64,000 bases of DNA, taken from Macrostomum lignano (Eukaryota). The notes beneath the pieces are model-generated. The model was not told the DNA's origin, searched no databases, and saw only the letters and a program-made list of their open reading frames with translations. This document shows, piece by piece, positions 13,867 through 28,352 of this stretch. Every line of letters starts with the position of its first letter. Position 1 is the first letter of the stretch. A program made the translations under genes and the position numbers. The stretch is taken from positions 1-64,000 of the forward strand of contig NIVC01003448.1 in the NCBI GenBank assembly GCA_002269645.1, written 5' to 3'.

Positions 13867-13940
13867 ACGCCAGCACCAAGGGGCTTTAGCACCAAGGGGC
13901 GCCAGCACCAAGGGGCGCCAGCACCAAGGGGCGCCAGCAC
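13867..13940. repeat. short 16-bp tandem repeat (gcgccagcaccaaggg)
   Basis: 4-5 copies. Confidence 0.85.
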
Positions 13941-14243
13941 TCATTTTTAGTTAAATCTCAATAATACCTATGTAAACGTAGTTCTCGCATATTTACGAGC
14001 TAGTTCCAATAGTTGTTTATAAATCACTGACCTTGCTGTTTTCAATTGTCTATGGCCTTAACTTACTGTTGGATAATGATTGTAATTGTATAATACTAAT
14101 GCATAAAGTGTGTTACAAAACGGATTAGTTATATTTTTAATACAGTTTTTGACAGTCGCACAGGCAAAATATAAATATAATAAAATAAGCATATTACATT
14201 ATTAAGCATTCATGTACGCTTCATTGCGCGTGTTTTTCGTCAA

Positions 14244-14245
<2 letters not shown>

Positions 14246-14326
<81 letters not shown>

Positions 14327-14329
14327 TAG

Positions 14330-14378
<49 letters not shown>

Positions 14379-14447
14379 TAGTGTCTGTCTGTCTGTCTGT
14401 CTTAGTGTCTGTCTGTCTGTCTGTCTTAGTGTCTGTCTGTCTGTCTA

Positions 14448-14482
<35 letters not shown>

Positions 14483-14518
14483 GGCTGTCTGTCTGTCTGG
14501 CTGTCTGTCTGTCTGTTT
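14246..14518. repeat. (TGTC)n microsatellite
   Basis: Direct sequence; lies just beyond the 14536 stop of the ZP gene. Confidence 0.97.
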
Positions 14519-14535
14519 CTTGTCTCTGAGGTCAA

Positions 14536-17500
14536 CTACAGCATCCACAGCAAGCTCAGGCCAGCGGCAGTCGCAACTGCAGTCACGCCAAACTGCAGGC
14601 TCAGTCTTCGACCAGAGTTCGCCGGCTGATGTACACTCAAGGACGCTGGCAGGGTGACCATCTCTCTCGCCTCCTGCTCAGCCTGAGTGCCGAGAGCCGC
14701 CTCATGATAATAGAAGCTCACGCACTGCCTGCTGCACTGCTCAGAAGGATCCCCCAGTCTGCAGACAATTGTGGAACAGAGCAGCTGCATGCTACCGGAA
14801 CCGATGCCACCACTGCTGGTGTTGAACATGAATGCCTGCAAAAAATAATGATCAAGTTCTGGTTGTTTGCGATTTAATTTGGCTTGTAACTACCAGTAAC
14901 ATTCTGACATAAAAATTTCATAAGAAAATTTCAATTGATAGGGTAAATATCAGTTGTAGACAATTCTGCCATCAATAACACATTATTTTAACACACTTTT
15001 TACATGATTCCGTAAGTATCTTAAGCACATACTTTGTACATGATGCATGTTATATACTACTGACATAGATAATTCACGTGTCTTTAGAAACCCTCAGTGC
15101 CTATGATTTAAAATGTGTCAGAATCATTTATGGAGGCATGTCTGAGGGTCAGGGTCAGGCTTCTATCAATGTCAGAATCATGTCGAAATGTGTATGACTA
15201 TATGTAACAAATAAATACGAATTATGTTCGTGTACAAGTATACCAAAAGCGAAACTATCCACTTATGTACAAGATGTAAGTGCCGTGAGATTTTTTAAAA
15301 ATGTCAGAATAGTACAATAAGCATGTCAAGATGACGAAATAAGCATGTCAAGATGACGTAATAAGCATGTCAAGATGACGTAATAAGCATGTCAGTATGA
15401 CGTAATAAGCATGTCAAGATGACGTAATAAGCATGTCAGTATGACGTAATAAGCATGTCAGGATGACGTAATAAGCATGTCAAGATGACGTAATAAGCAT
15501 GTCAGTATGACGTAATAAGCATGTCAGGATGACGTAATAAGCATGTCAAGATGACGTAAACAGCATGTCAAGATGACGTAATAAGCATGTCAGGATGACG
15601 TAATAAGCATGTCAGGATGACATAATAAGCATGTCAAGATGACGTAATAAGCATGTCAAGATGACGTAATAAGCATGTCAGTATGACGTAATGAGCATGT
15701 CAGTATGACGTAATAAGCATGTAAGGATGACGTAATAAGCATGTAAGGATGACGTAATAAGCATGTCAGGATGACGTAATAAGCATGTAAGGATGACGTA
15801 ATAAGCATGTCAGGATGATTTAACAAGCATATTAGGATCATGTACTAAGCATGTCTGAATAATTCATGTACTACCGGTAGTTGTATCATACAATTCATCT
15901 TTAAAGCACTGTTAAAGCTAAAAAAAACAATGCAAGCAAAGACACTTGCCTGAAAGCGCACTGCCATGGCGGTATTATTCACTGGGATCAGTATGACGCT
16001 GCCATCCCTTGGGCACTTATTCTCCACTAGAGTGGCATTCTGCTGACCGTCGGTGGCCCAACAGCTGTTAACGACAAGCCAGCTGCTGGTCAAATTTGCG
16101 GCTCCGCGCAGCACCACCGCGGCATAGAGAATGGTGCCGACCTCCACGCTGCCCGAGATTGGGCCGTCAGTGAAGTTGCCGCCTGTCAGGCCTCTGAGAG
16201 TGCGAAAGGTGTGAAATGAAAGCGATTTTTACTTTTGGGATGAAGGTGCTTTTCACCTGCTGATTATCTGATAGTCACTCTCGGATAGTCACTCTCGGAT
16301 ATTCACTCTCGCATAGTCACTCTCGGATAGTCACTCTCGGATAGTCACTCTCGGATATTCACTCTCGCATAGTCACTCTCGCATAGTCACTCTCAGATAG
16401 TCACTCTCGGATATTCACTCTCGCATAGTCACTCTCGCATAGTCACTCTCGGATATTCACTCTCTCATAGTCACTCTCACATAGTCACTCTCGCATAGTC
16501 ACTCTCGCATAGTCACTCTCGCATAGTCACTCTCGCATAGTCACTCTCGCATAGTCACTCTCGCATAGTCACTCTCGCATAGTCACTCTCGCATAGTCAC
16601 TCTCGCATAGTCACTCTCGGACAATCACTCTCAGACAATCATTCTCAGATAGTCACTCTCGGATAGTCACACTTGCATAGTCACTCTCGGATAGTCACTC
16701 TCGGATAGTCACTCTCGCATAGTCACTCGGGTGATAATCACTTAGGTAGTCACTCTCAGATAGTGACTCGATTGTGGATAGTCACTTTCGCATAGTTATT
16801 GCCCCTCTCATATAGTCACTCTTGCATAGTCACTCTCATATAGTCACTCTTGCATAGTCACTCTCATATAGTCACTCTTGCATAGTCACTCTAGGATATT
16901 CACTAGTACATAGTTACTTCCAAATTTCACCCTTGAGTAATCACTCTTTGATAGGTCAATCTCTAATCGTCACACTTAAAGAATAAACATACACTCTATC
17001 TTAGTCACTCTCTAACAGTCACTCCTATATAGTCATTCTAAAAACTTCGTTGACGCCATCATCACCTGAGGCCCACACTTATATATGATGATTTTACTAC
17101 CCACATCGGTACCGATGTCTCCCACAAGCGCATTTTCACCTGTAGATCTCCACAACAGACACACCGCCCGAGTGACCATCGATTGCGCTCGTGGGGGTGA
17201 CGAAGTCCGGCCCGATGGACTGGCCGGTCGCCAGGGTCTCCTTAGCCAATCGGCAGTACAAATCGAAACTCATTGGCGGTCGCACATAGTTGCCAATTGA
17301 ATTCTTTTCGCCTAGGAAGCGCATCAGCAGGTGGTACTGCGTGTACTGGGCCGTCTCACCCGACACCGCGGCGCATGTTGAATAGCTCTGCACCTTGGCG
17401 CACACCTGACATGATTGGGGAAGTGAGAAAGTCTTTTCTTTTCGGTCTTTCAGTAGTCATTTTTTATAGTCACTCTCGGATAGTCACTCTCGGATAGTCA

Positions 17501-20500
17501 CTCTCGGATAGTCACTCTCGGATAGTCACCTCTGATAGTCACTCTCTGATAGTCACTCTCGGATAGCCACTCTCGGATAGTCACTCTCTGATAGTCACCT
17601 CTGATAGTCACTCTCTGATAGTCACTCTCGGATAGTCACTCTCGGATAGTCACTCTCGGATAGCCACTCTCGGATATTCACTCTCGGATAGTCACTCTCG
17701 GATAGTCACTCTCGGATAGTCACTCTCGGATAGTCACTCTCGGATAGTCACTCTCGCATAGTCACTCTCGGATAGTCACTCTCGGATAGTCACTCTCGGA
17801 TAGCCACTCTCGGATATTCACTCTCGCATAGTCACTCTCGGATAGTCACTCTTGGATAGCCACTCTCGGATAGTCACTCTCGGATAGTCACTCTCGCATA
17901 GTCACTCTCGGATAGTCACTCTCGGATAGTCACTCTTGGATAGCCACTCTCGGATAGTCACTCTCGGATAGTCACTCTCGGATAGTCACTCTCGGATAGT
18001 CACTCTCGGATAGTCACTCTCGGATAGTCACTCTCGGATAGTCACTCTCGGATAGTCACTCTCGGATAGTCACTCTCGGATAGTCACTCTCGGATAGTCA
18101 CTCTCGGATAGTCACTCTCGGATAGTCACTCTCGGATAGTCACTCTCGGATAGTCACTCTCGGATAGTCACTCTCTGATAGTCACTCTCTGATAGTCACT
18201 CTCGGATAGCCACTCTCGGATAGTCACTCTCGGATAGTCACTCTCTGATAGTCACTCTCGGATAGCCACTCTCGGATAGTCACTCTCGGATAGTCACTCT
18301 CGGATAGTCACTCTCGGATAGTCACTCTCGGATAGCCACTCTGGGATAGTCACTCTCTGATAGTCACCTCTGATAGTCACTCTCTGATAGTCACTCTCTG
18401 ATAATCACTCTCTGATAGTCACTCTCTGATAGTCACCTCTGATAGTCACTCTCTGATAGTCACTCTCGGATAGTCACTCTCTGATAGTCACTCTCTGATA
18501 GTCACTCTCTGATAGTCACTCTCGGATAGTCACTCTCGGATAGTCACTCTCGGATAGTCACTCTCGGATAGTCACTCTCTGATAGTCAGTCGTGGATAGT
18601 CAGTCGTGGATAGTCAGTCGTGGATAGTCAGTCGTGGATAGTCAGTCGTGGATAGTCAGTCGTGGATAGTCACTTTAAGATAGTCGCTCTCAGATAGTCA
18701 CTCTCGGATAGTCAGTCACTCTCGAATAGTCACTCTCAGATAGTCACTTTTGGACAGTCACTTTCGGATAGTCACTCTTGGATAATAAATCTCAGATAGT
18801 GACTATAGGATAGTCACTCTTGGATAATAAATCTCAGATAGTGACTTTAGGATAGTCACTCTTGGATAATAAATCTCAGATAGTGACTATAGGATAGTCA
18901 ATCTTGGATAATAAATCTCAGATAGTGACTATAGGATAGTCACTCTTGGATAATAAATCTCAGATAGTGACTATAGGATAGTCACTCTTGGATAATAAAT
19001 CTCAGATAGTCACTATAGGATAGTCACTCTTGGATAATCACTCTCAGATGGTCACTCTCGGATAGTCACTCTCGGAAAATGATCACTCTCGGATAGTCAC
19101 TCTCAGATAGTCACTCTCAGATAGTCACTCCTGTATAGTCACTCTCAGATAGTTACTCCTGTATAGTCACTCTCAGATTGTCACTCTCACATAGTCACTC
19201 AGTATATAAAGCAAGCATCCCGGTCAGCCTCATACCTGAGCAGGTGTCACTTCGCTAATAACAACGCAGCCGCTGACTTCAGTGGCATTGTACATCAACT
19301 GCAGCTCGCTCATCGAACTGATGGCATTGGTGCCGAAGCAGATTCTGGCTTCCTGACGATAGCAGACCAGCGTGGGACTCGGCATCGGCTTGGGTGTGGG
19401 CGCCACAGGGTTGCAGGCCACTGCCAGCCGGTTGTGAACCTCATAGCAGCCACTTGCCGACTGCCAATTGCAGTTGATTAACCGGTCACCGGGTTTGCAG
19501 TTCAACTGCTCCACCGTGGTGTTCTCAGTCGGGTCGCTTGGATTCGGCTTGTACCGGCCCGTGATGGGGTAGGCGCTCTCGGGACTGCGGGGGAGTTGGG
19601 GAAGTTTGACAGCGGAGGTGAGGTGGGTGCGCGGAGGTGAGGTGGGTGCGCGGAGGTGAGGTGGATGCGTGGAGGTGAGGTGGGTGCTCGGAGGTGAGGT
19701 TAATGCGTGGAGGTGAGGTGAATGCGCGGAGGTGAGGTGGAGGCGCGAAGGTGAGGTGGGTGCGCGGAGGTGAGGTGGGTGCGCGGAGATGAGGTGGGTG
19801 CGCGGAGGTGAGGTGGGTGCTCGGAGGTGAGGTGGGTGCTCGGAGGTGAGGTGGGTGCACGGAGGTGAGGTGGATGTGTGGAGGTGAGGTGGATGCGCGG
19901 AGGTGAGGTGGGTGCGTGGAGGTGAGGTGGATGCGCGGAGGTGAGGTGGGTGCGCGGAGGTGAGGTGGGTGCGCGGAGGTGAGGTGGGTGCTCGGAGGTG
20001 AGGTTTGTGCTCGCTGGCACTCACTTGGCGAATCCGAGGCTTCTGCACACTGCGGCAGCTTCGTTCAAGCCGGCTCCCGTGGCGCACACGGTGCCAAGCT
20101 GTCCAGTAAGGCCGACCACCACCAGGCCTTCGCTGCTGGCGCTGTCCGGGCGCAGCTCCACCAGCTCGCAGGCCAGCTGCAGCCGGCGCTCGTTGCAGAT
20201 GCCGGGAATTGCCGGGCCAGTCTTCACGTCGCAGTCGTTGTTGAGGTTCCACCGGCCCGTTTGGGAGGGCTGCCGTTTGGGGGCCGGGGTGAGAGATTTT
20301 ATTGACATTTTTAGACAGGAGACACCCCAGTCTGAAAGGACACACCCTAATCTGACAGGAGACACCCCAGTCTGACAGGAGACACCCTAGTCTGACAGGA
20401 GACACCCCAGTCTGACAGGAGATACCCGAGTCTGACAGGAGACACCCCAGTCTGACAGGAGACACCCCAGTCTGACAGGAGACACCCCAGTCTGACAGGA

Positions 20501-23500
20501 GATACCCCAGTCTGACAGGAGATACTTCAGTCAAAAAAGAAAAGCTTTAATCCACCTAAGAAGCACCATAATCCACTAAAAAACACCATCATTCACTAGG
20601 AGACACCCTAATACAACAGAAGACACTCTAATCCACCAGAAGACACCCCAATTCACCAGAAGACACCCTAATCCACTAAAAGACACTCTAATCTACTAAA
20701 AGATACCCTAATCCACTAAAAGACACCCTAATCCACTAAAAGACACCCTAATCCACTAAAAGACACCCTAATCCACTAGAAGACGCCCTAATACAACAGA
20801 AGACACTCTAATCCACCAGAAGACACTCTAATCCACCAGAAGACACCCTAATCCACTAAAAGACACCCTAATCCACTAGAAGACGCCCTAATGCAACAGA
20901 AGACACTCTAATCCACCAGAAGACACTCTAATCCACCAGAAGACACCCTAATCCACTAAAAGACACCCTAATCCACTAGAAGACGCCCTAATGCAACAGA
21001 AGACACTCTAATCCACCAGAAGACACTCTAATCCACCAGAAGACACTCTAATCCACTAAAAGACACCCTAATCTATCAGAAGACACCCTAATCCACTAAT
21101 TTACACTCTAATCCACCAGAAGACACTCTTATCCACCATAAGACACTCTTATCCACCAGAAGACACCCCAACCCACCAGAAGACACCCTAATACACTAGA
21201 AGACACCTCAACCCACCAGAAGACACCCCCATTCACCAGAAGACACCCTAATCCACCAGAAGACACCCAAATCCACCAGAAGACACTCTAATCCACCAGA
21301 AGACACCCAAATCCACCAGAAGACACCCAAATCCACCAGAAGACACACTGATCCACTAAAAGACACCCCAACCCACCAGAAGACACCCTAATACACCAGA
21401 AGACACCTCAACCCACCAGAAGACACCTCAACCCACCAGAAGACACCCCAACCCACCAGAAGACACCCTAATACACCAGAAGACACCTCAACCCACCAGA
21501 AGACACCCTAATCCACCAGAAGACACCCAAATCCACCAGAAGACACCCCAAATCCACCGGAAGACACCTCAACTCACCAGAAGACACCCCAACCTACCAG
21601 AAGACACCTCAACTCACCAGAAGACACCTCAACTCACGACAGAAGACACCCCAACCCATCAGAAGACACCTCAACTCACCAGAAGACACCCCAACCTACC
21701 AGAAGACACCTCAACTCACCAGAAGACACCTCAACTCACGACAGAAGACACCCCAACCCACCAGACGACACCTCAACCCACCAGAAGACACCTCAACTCA
21801 CCAGAAGACACCCCAACTCACCAGAATACACCTCAACTCACCACAGAAGACACCCCAACCCACCAGAAGACACTCCAACCCACCAGAAGACACCCTAATA
21901 CACTAGAAGACACCCCAAATCCACCAGAAGACACCCCAACCCACCAGAAGACACCTCAACTCACCAGAAGACACCTCAACTCGCGACAGAAGACACCCCA
22001 ACCCACCAGAAGACACCTCAACCCACCATAAGACACCTCAACTCACCAGAAGACACCCCAACTCACCAGAATACACCTCAACTCACCACAGAAGACACCC
22101 CAACCCACCAGAAGACACCCCAACCCACCAGAAGACACCCTAATACACTAGAAGACACCCCAAATCCACCAGAAGACACCCCAATCCACCAGAAGACACC
22201 TCAACCCACCAGAAGGCACCCTAATACATTAGAAGAGAGCAACTCTATCAAAGGACATGCCAACCTACGCAAATCAGAAATTGAATTTGCTCTCACATCG
22301 TAACCATGGCAACCATTCAAAGCGACAACAACCGCTGGCGCGGTGCCCTTGAAAAATGTGACTCGCACAGCCGAAGAGTTGGCCTTTCCCAGCAGGTAAG
22401 TGCAAACCGCCGTCCCAACCCTTGAGTCGTTCAGCATACACACGCTGCCGACTTGGCCATTGTCAAGCTCGGCCAGCAGCAGTCCGCTCTGGGAGCCGCT
22501 GCCCAGACTGGCTCGCTCAATTGTGAGGCCTGAGTTGATTGACAAGTTGTGTTTCAGTAGATTCAGAATGCTGAGATTCTTATAAGGTGATAAAAATTCT
22601 AGAATGAGATTCTGGAAATAAGATTAGATCTAAATAATGAGTTTTGAAATTTGAAATTAGATTGAAAGAATGAGATTTTCAGGATGAGATTGGATCTAGG
22701 ATGAGATTCTCAAGATGGGATTAGATCTATAGGATTAGATTCTCAAGATGAGATTAGATCTAAAAAATAAGATTTTCAAGATGAGATTCGATCCATAGGA
22801 TGAGATTCTCTAGGTCTGTTGGATAAATGAGTCTCAAAATGAGATTAGATCTAAAGGATGAGATTCTCAAGATGAGATTAGATCCATAGGATGAGATTAG
22901 ATCCATAGGATGAGATTCGATCCATAGGATGAGATTCGATCCATAGGATGAGATTCGATCCATAGGATGAGATTCGATCCATAGGATGAGATTAGATCCA
23001 TAGGATGAGATTCGATCCATAGGATGAGATTCTCTAGTTCTGTTGGATAAAAGTCTCAAAATGAGATTAGATCTAAAGGATGAGATTATCAAGATGTGAT
23101 TAGATCCATAGGATGAGATTCTCAAGTTGGGATTACATCTAAAGGTTGCAATTCTCTAGATGAGATTAGATTTAATGAGTAAAATTCAAGATGAGAATAG
23201 ATCTATATGTATAATATTCTCACGATTGGATTATATTTAAAGAATAAGAGTTTCAAGATGAGAATATATCTATAAGGTGAGATTCTTTTGGTGAGATTAG
23301 ATTAAAAAGAATAGGATTTTCAAAACAACCTTAGATCTATTGGATTAGATTCTCAAGATGAGAGTAGATCAAAAGGATGAAACTATCAAGACTTCATTCA
23401 AGCTAAAGGAAGAGATTATCAAGATGAGATTAGATCCATAAACGAGGTTCAGAAAGCTGAGACTAACTTGGAAGGATGAGATTAGACGAGATCTGTTGGA

Positions 23501-23692
23501 TTCAAATAACAGATTCTTCAAACCAAAGAATCAAGGAGAATGAGATTAAATGAGTTTAGATGAGATGAGATTAATTTGAGTAAATCAAATGAGTGAAAGA
23601 AGGCAAATTAACTTACAATTTCCATCTTCTGGAAGCAACAACAGTGCAAAACCCAGAAATACAAGATTAAAAAATCGATTAGAAAGCAACAT
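14536..23692 (-). CDS. secreted/GPI-anchored SRCR-SRCR-ZP domain protein (DMBT1/uromodulin-like architecture), ~570 aa
   Basis: All phases consistent: 23692-23617 (signal peptide MLLSNRFFNLVFLGFALLLLPEDGNC), 22529-22297, 20269-20025, 19584-19236, 17405-17140, 16193-15950 (GC donor), 14835-14536. SRCR-like motifs GLLLAELDNGQVGSVC and EGLVVVGLTGQLGTVC...AAAVCRSLGF. ZP-C motifs VEVGTILYAAV...LVVNSCWAT...LVENKCPRD...RFQAFMF...LLCSTIVC...C...C. C-terminal NSG followed by a hydrophobic tail (GPI-like). Confidence 0.85.
15318..15835. repeat. 22-bp intronic minisatellite (aagcatgtcaagatgacgtaat)
   Basis: About 23 tandem units inside the GC-AG intron. Confidence 0.95.
16268..17040. repeat. 14-bp minisatellite (gtcactctcggata), array 1
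   Basis: Tandem repeats; same unit as 17467-19200. Confidence 0.95.
17467..19200. repeat. 14-bp minisatellite (gtcactctcggata), array 2
   Basis: More than 100 units; homogeneous core with diverged edges. Confidence 0.97.
19612..20005. repeat. 19-bp G-rich minisatellite (ggaggtgaggtgggtgcgc)
   Basis: Fills the intron between the two SRCR exons. Confidence 0.95.
20322..22235. repeat. related 20-bp minisatellites (gacaggagacaccccagtct, then accagaagacaccctaatcc)
   Basis: Two adjoining arrays, 20322-20525 and ~20560-22235, sharing an AGACACCC core. Confidence 0.95.
22600..23530. repeat. degenerate 19-bp minisatellite (ataggatgagatt[c/a]gatcc)
   Basis: Tandem repeats in the first intron of the ZP gene. 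Confidence 0.85.
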
Positions 23693-24164
23693 TAAATCCA
23701 ACCTCAAAGCTTGATTAATTTCTACAAACTGAGTTTTTAGTATGCCAGAAATCTTGTGAATCAAAGAAGAAAGTATAATATTGATTAATTTCTATAACTA
23801 GGCTGACTCGTCACCTTATTCTGCATTCATGTTTCTGAGAAATTAATTCGAACGCTTAATAAGGCGCGTGTTGACTCAGGCCGCAGAGCAATGAGTCGAC
23901 TTTAGGGCTCTCATATCTTATCAAGGCTTGGTCAACAACAGAAAAAAAGCTGTTTTGAGAGAGAAAAACGACGCCCATGTTTGGTTGCTTGGCAGGACGG
24001 GGGTGAATACCTCAGCCACCTCACAGTTGCAGACGCTGTGAAGTTGCGTTTCAGTTTTTAATGTCATAGCTATCGAACTTATACATAAGCTTGTGATTTT
24101 ATTGCTGTTTATCTGAATACTGATTGAAATTATATAGAATAGGATTGGCGTAAGATTAAAATAA

Positions 24165-25035
24165 GATGAAGGTGAGATTAAACTGAGATAAGGGTGGGAT
24201 TAGGATGAGATTGAAATGAGATTAAAATGAGATTGGGTTGAGATTAGAATGAGATTGCATTGGGATGGGATCGGGATAAGATTAGGATGAGATTGGAATG
24301 AGATTAGGATGAGATTGGGATGAGATTAGAATGGGATTCGGATGAGATTAGAATGAGATTGGGTTGAGATTAGAATGAGATTGCATTGGGATGGGATCGG
24401 GATAAGATTAGGATGAGATTGGAATGAGATTAGGATGAGATTGGGATGAGATTAGAATGGGATTCGGATGAGATTAGAATGAGATTGGGATGAGATTAGA
24501 ATGAGATTAGGATGAGATTGGAATGAGATTAGAATGAGATTGGGTTGAGATTAGAATGAGATTGGGATGGGATCGGGATAAGATTAGGATGAGATTGAAC
24601 TGAGATTAGGATGAGATTGGGATGAGATTAGAATGAGATTAGCATGAGATTGGAATGGGATTAGAATGAGATTGGGATGAGATTAGGATGAGATTGGAAT
24701 GAGATTAGAATGAGATTGGGTTGAGATTAGAATGAGATTGGGATGGGATCGGGATAAGATTAGGATGAGATTGGAATGAGATTAGGGTGAGATTGGGATG
24801 AGATTAGGATTGGATTCGGATGATATTAGAATGAGATTGGGACAAAATTGGAATAAATTTGAGTGAGATTGGGATGAGATTACACCGACATTTATGCTGA
24901 GATAAAAATATTGAGATTAAAATGAGATTGAGAAATGAGATTGAGACAAGATTGGGGATGATATTACACTGAGATTGAGATGAGATTGAAATGAGAATAG
25001 TATGAGATGGGAGTGAGACCAGGTTGAGATAAAGA
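24165..25035. repeat. 10-bp repeat (atgagatt[g/a]g)
   Basis: Intergenic array; a related gggtgagatta array lies at 26310-26660. Confidence 0.9.
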
Positions 25036-25577
25036 TGAGCTTATCATGAGATTGTAATAATCTTTTAGCTTAAAATTCCAAAAAACGTCATTGTCCAGAG
25101 ACAAACAAAAGTGCATTACTAATCTCACAAATGGCAGAAGCTTCACAACGCGTCATTTTAGGCTTCCATCGCTTCTCTATAAAAAATGCCACAAAAAGGT
25201 ACTGATTTCTAGAAGGCACTGAAATCAGTGCGGCCCTCTTTTGTCTCTCGCATTCCTATTCAGAGAACTGTGCTCAAAAGAGTTGAGTACTTGCTCAAAC
25301 CTTGGAGCGACGTCCATACTCTTTCTTTACCGACTTTTTGAGCATTGGGCAGCTCCGACTCCACCCCCCCCTGGCATTTGGCCAGCCTTCCGCTTCAAAA
25401 CTCCCCAACTCCATTAACTCGTATGTTAGCCGCGTTGCCATGACAGCAACGGGAACAACTTTGAAGCATTTTTATATGACAATGGCTGTAAACAGAATTT
25501 TTGCGACTGTGCGCTCAAAAAGAACTTTTTGACTGTCTGTCTACCTGCTGAAATCTGTGCCAGTAACTGATACGAAT

Positions 25578-26164
<587 letters not shown>

Positions 26165-26309
26165 CGTCACTTTTTGTTTCCTTGCTTACCTTGCATTGGT
26201 TTGCACTGTAGAAGACTTAGAAATAAGGTTTGGGTGAGGTTGAAATTGAATTAGAGTTATAGTTGGGATATAAAAGTAGAATAATATTGGAATGAGATGG
26301 AAATGGAAT

Positions 26310-26660
26310 TATGGTGAGATTGGGATGAGATTCAGGTGAGATCAAAGTGATATCAGGTGGAGATTGGGATGAGAATAGAGGGAGACGGAAGTGAGATTGA
26401 GGTGAGATTAGGGTGAGCTTGGGGTGAGATTAGGGTGAGCTTGGGGTGAGATTAGGGTGAGGTTTGGTGAGATTAGGATGAGCTTGGTAAGATTAAAGTG
26501 AGGTTTGGTGAGATTAGGTTGAGCTTGGGGTGAGAGTAGGGTGAGGTTGTGGTGAGATTAGGGTGAGCTTGGGTGAGATTAGGGTGAGCTTGGGGTGAGA
26601 TGAAGGTGAGTGTGGGTGAGTTTATGGTAAGAATGGGTGAGATTTGGATGAGAATGGAAT
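26310..26660. repeat. degenerate ~10-bp repeat (gggtgagatta/gggtgagctt)
   Basis: Direct sequence. Confidence 0.8.
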
Positions 26661-27641
26661 GGAATTGCAGTGAGATTAGAATAAGACTTAGACGGCAATA
26701 TTATAATGGGCTTCTAAGAAGCATCAAAAACTCAATGCAATTAAAAATTTGGTCCTTTCTGAGCGGTCTGCTAAAACCTGAATATATTTTTTAAAACCCT
26801 GCAAACACCCGACAATAGGCTCTTCATTCTAATTTTTGAGCGACCATAATGTTTATTGCCAGTATAGAAAGCCAAATGAATTGATTTATGGCCCCAATTG
26901 TGTGGTCTGGGTTCGCAAACTCATATAACACAGTAAGGAAACGCCCATTGTTCGCAGTCGACACAGTTTGTCTTCTTAATCAAAACTCACCATAGCAACC
27001 AGCCCAGGTCGTAAAATCCCCCGGCTTTGCCAACTGTAATGAATGTCAAAATTCGTTTTATAAGCTGTAAAACTGATTTTAATTCTCGCTTTTCAGAGAC
27101 TACGACTTCCGCCTGACAACCAGAGCAAACCGCTTGACAACCCATGCAGAGCTGGTGTAGGTTGTTGACAAAGCAGCTCTGCCCCAAGTTAGATTTTGTG
27201 TGTTCACCTGTCGTTTGCTCTTAAATCCTACTGGCTCCTACTGTGAAACAACTGAAGCTCATTGACAACTATAAAGTACATAGAAGGACGCAAGTTATAA
27301 ACCCAATTTTCACCAACAACAGCTAAGCAACAACATGCAACTAATGTGCATAAATTTATAATATATCGTCCCTAACATCACTCGAAGTAAAATATCAAAC
27401 CGATTATCACTTTCTATCAGAATTTAGACAATGTACCTCTAACTTTAACGCTCGCAAGTACTGTAATAGCAGTTACAATTAAGCATTGCAATGCTTTTTT
27501 TAAATTATGAAGCTTTAGGGGCGGTACGATACTACTTAAAGTAGAAAAAATGTATCTTTAATAAATTTTTATAGTTAATTGGACTAAAGCGGGTAAGGGT
27601 CTGTCTTCTGAAGCTTATTAAGAACTCGACTCCCTACTCGC

Positions 27642-27889
27642 GCCAACCCCTAAGGCACAGTGAAGTGTACATTTCTAACGATAAATAGCTCGTAAAGTTA
27701 GGGCCCCTTACACTCCTGTGTGAGTGTGTGCCTGTGCGTATGACTGCGTACGTATCCGCGCGCTTGTGTGCCTGTCATGCTTAGGGGAGTCTGCGGAATG
27801 GGCAGCAATGCCTCTCGCCCGTTGTGTGACAATGTCGCTTAATTAAAATGCGCCATGGTGCACACAGGCCCTGCTTCTAGCTATTAAAA
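27642..27889 (+). mobile_element. 5'-truncated copy of the tRNA-SINE at 49565
   Basis: Collinear with ~49703-49920 (gccaacccc.aaggc.cagtgaagtgtacat...acactcctgtgtgagtgtgtgcc...gcggaatgggcag.aatgcctctcgc...gtgcacaca). Confidence 0.75.
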
Positions 27890-28046
27890 TACAGCAGCCG
27901 AACTCTGCTTAAACTTTCGAAACTATTTAACTTGTGAATTAAAAATCTTTTTTAGTATCATAAAACCATGTTAGGACGATTATAAACAGCAAGGTATTTA
28001 TAACAAAGAAACTGTGTTCGATTCGCCCATCGCGACATCGTGAGAG

Positions 28047-28352
28047 TCAGTCTCCAGGAAACTTGATGCCTCGCTCATCCCTGACAGTGATGCGCAGAAG
28101 GCATAGCAGAATACAGGATAAAGGATTTCCTGCAGCTTTCCATTGTGTTTTGTCTAACTGTTTGCAAAGACAGCATCCACCCTGGTGTTTCCTGTGGGGC
28201 GCATGGGTTGCAGGGTCGGCTATAAGGAACGGGACGGAAGTCAACGAATCCTTTGTCTCCCGCATCTTTTCTTGAGCAACTTGCGCGGAAATGAAGACAA
28301 CTGCAGATTTTTTTCTTTCTTTAGTTGATCCAAAACGCTTTCTGTAATGCAA
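28047..28352 (-). pseudogene. possible relic of a piggyBac-like transposase Cys-rich C-terminal domain
   Basis: HAPHRKHQGGCCLCKQLDKTQWK followed by frameshifted Cys residues, resembling the H-P..RCxxC..KTxWxCxxC..LC pattern. Short and degenerate. Confidence 0.3.

Noticed and set aside
26900-27250. Cys-containing minus-strand frame as a P-element/THAP9-like transposase relic (IKKTNCVDC)
   Set aside because: Too short and stop-interrupted to support any family.
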